Of a stretch of 15,785 nucleotides of DNA, positions 14,342 to 15,785 are shown in pieces; positions within the stretch are counted from its first letter, which is position 1; each line of letters starts with the position of its first letter. Location: the NCBI GenBank assembly GCA_027296045.1, contig JAPUJS010000481.1, positions 1-15,785 on the forward strand, given 5' to 3'. A program made the position numbers and the translations under genes. Origin of the DNA: a bacterium. Lineage in GTDB: Bacteria; Latescibacterota; UBA2968. The notes beneath the pieces are model-generated. The model was given only the letters and a program-made list of their open reading frames with translations. It did not search any database and had not been told where the DNA came from.

Positions 14342-15430
14342 ATGAGCAGATCCAAAGTTCGAGTCGCCATCATCGGCGTGGGCAACTGCGCCTCGTCCCT
14401 TGTCCAGGGCGTTGAGTATTACAGAGAGGCCGCAAAAGACGAATTCGTCCCCGGACTCATGAACGTCGATCTCGGCGGCTATCACATCTCCGACATCGAA
14501 TTCTCGGCCGCCTTCGACATCAACGTTGAAAAAGTGGGCAAAGACCTCTCCGAAGCCATCTTCGCCCATCCCAACAACACCATCAAATTTTCCGACGTGC
14601 CCCACCTGGACGTGCCCGTCCTTCGCGGCATGACCCACGACGGTCTGGGCAAATATCTCAACCAGGTCATCGAAAAGGCCGAAGGCGACACCGTAGACGT
14701 GGCCGAAGTCCTCAAAGCCACACAAACCGACGTGGTCGTCAACTATCTGCCGGTGGGCAGCGAACAGGCCACCAAGTGGTATGTCGAACAAATCCTGCAG
14801 GCCGGATGTGCCTTTGTCAACTGTATCCCCGTCTTCATCGCCAGCGCTGGCCACTGGCCCGAACGCTTTGAAAAACGCGGTCTGCCCATGATCGGCGACG
14901 ACATCAAATCGCAGGTGGGCGCCACCATCACCCACCGCGTGCTCACCCGCCTCTTCCGGGAACGTGGCGTCAAGCTCGAACGCACCTATCAGCTCAACTT
15001 TGGCGGCAACACCGACTTCTACAACATGCTTGAACGCGAACGGCTCGAATCCAAAAAAATCTCCAAAACCAACGCCGTCACCTCTCAGCTTGATTACGAC
15101 CTGGGCGAGGAAAACATCCACGTCGGTCCCTCCGATCATATCCCCTGGCTGGAAGATCGGAAGTGGTGTCACATTCGGATGGAAGGCGAGACCTTCGGCG
15201 GCGTCCCGTTAAACCTGGAGCTCAAACTGGAAGTCTGGGACTCGCCCAACTCGGCCGGCGTGGTCGTCGACGCTGTACGCTTCTGCAAGCTCGGCCTCAA
15301 CCACGGCCTCAAAGGCCCCTTGATGGCTCCGTCGTCTTATCTGATGAAGTCTCCGCCCAAACAATTTAGCGACGATCAGGCTCGGGACATGACAGATGAC
15401 TTCATTCGCCAGTATGGGTTGAAGGACTAG
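14342..15430 (+). CDS. ino1: myo-Inositol-1-phosphate synthase (bacterial/archaeal type)
   Basis: The N-terminus [27 protein letters not shown] is the hallmark NAD-binding start of bacterial Ino1. 363 aa. RBS AAGGAG 7 nt upstream; the track ORF 14252 extension lacks an RBS. Confidence 0.85.
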   Translation: MSRSKVRVAIIGVGNCASSLVQGVEYYREAAKDEFVPGLMNVDLGGYHISDIEFSAAFDINVEKVGKDLSEAIFAHPNNTIKFSDVPHLDVPVLRGMTHDGLGKYLNQVIEKAEGDTVDVAEVLKATQTDVVVNYLPVGSEQATKWYVEQILQAGCAFVNCIPVFIASAGHWPERFEKRGLPMIGDDIKSQVGATITHRVLTRLFRERGVKLERTYQLNFGGNTDFYNMLERERLESKKISKTNAVTSQLDYDLGEENIHVGPSDHIPWLEDRKWCHIRMEGETFGGVPLNLELKLEVWDSPNSAGVVVDAVRFCKLGLNHGLKGPLMAPSSYLMKSPPKQFSDDQARDMTDDFIRQYGLKD

Positions 15431-15446
15431 GCCCTCTCCCTATTTT

Positions 15447-15505
15447 ATAAGCGCGGAACGCGCTTATAGAACGGTCCCTCTCCTGCCAGCGGAAGAGGGA
15501 CCGTT
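15447..15505 (+). other. Two consecutive perfect hairpins downstream of ino1
   Basis: ATAAGCGCG-gaa-CGCGCTTAT (9-bp stem, 15447-15467). AACGGTCCCTCT - 12-nt loop - AGAGGGACCGTT (12-bp stem, 15470-15505). Confidence 0.6.
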
Positions 15506-15534
15506 GAAACCCAATCTACGACTGCTTTGTCAAA

Positions 15535-15574
15535 CAGGCAGACGTGAAGCCGGGGCGTCTGCCTGTTTTGCTTT
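15535..15574 (+). terminator. Rho-independent terminator of ino1
   Basis: CAGGCAGACG-tgaagccgggg-CGTCTGCCTG followed by TTTTGCTTT. Confidence 0.75.
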
Positions 15575-15785
15575 CCCGGCTTGATGCCCACCCATCCCGG
15601 TCTTATATTCTGGCATTCGCCGATCTTTTAACAAAGAGAAACTTATGCTGTTTTCCCAACAACACGAAATCTCTCACGCGACTTTCGCCCAGACCATCCT
15701 GGTGGGCAAAGTCTTCCGACAGGGCTTCATTGTGGCCTCCAATAGGGATACGTGTGCCCAAACGTTTCTGAGGAGGCTCGGCTAA

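Noticed and set aside
14285-15172. 295-aa minus-strand ORF inside ino1
   Set aside because: Antisense to a gene with the diagnostic Ino1 N-terminal motif. G/D/V-rich low complexity.
15645-15785. 46-aa ORF (MLFSQQHEISHATFAQ...) ending at the window edge with a weak AAAGAGAAA RBS
   Set aside because: It is short with no recognisable motif. It could be real but cannot be supported. The 75-aa track ORF 15544-15771 in another frame begins inside the ino1 terminator hairpin and is likewise unsupported.

Overview
This window reads as a bacterial chromosomal segment of roughly 55-58% GC, organism unknown. Almost all genes lie on the + strand and are tightly packed. From 1 to about 11.8 kb the window holds what looks like one large envelope/membrane-stress locus. 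It opens with a near-consensus sigma-54 promoter. Next come pspA (PspA/IM30, ESCRT-III-like) and an overlapping membrane protein with a winged-helix-like C-terminus. These are followed by five tandem small membrane proteins. Each ends in the same cytoplasmic motif, L-E-x-R-L-T-D-I-Q-D-x-x-I-x-I-D-D-(K/R/Q)-L, which resembles the C-terminal helix of PspB. One of these paralogs carries a large extracytoplasmic domain built from 29-aa tandem repeats. After them come a PspG-like mini-protein missed by the ORF track (shorter than its apparent 61-aa cutoff), an ECF sigma factor with no adjacent anti-sigma, an NfeD-like OB-fold membrane protein and a flotillin (SPFH) gene. The locus ends with a soluble TPR-histidine kinase, an NtrC-type sigma-54 activator (receiver + AAA+ + Fis HTH) and a polytopic membrane PP2C (SpoIIE/RsbU-type) phosphatase. 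The sigma-54 activator sits where PspF would be in a canonical psp system. Downstream are thiI (short form), a divergent LysR regulator with a perfect 23-bp palindromic box, and a myo-inositol-1-phosphate synthase. Several unusual non-coding elements are present. These include triple direct repeats abutting the response-regulator start codon, a duplicated gene 3' end, and a long (CAGGAGACA)n palindrome where an RBS should be. A run of structured hairpins follows ino1. The candidate novel system is the combined PspA / multi-PspB-like / PspG-like / ECF-sigma / NfeD-flotillin / sigma54 two-component / PP2C cluster, and above all the five-membered C-terminal-motif family. All domain calls come from motif recognition by eye, and no database searches were run.
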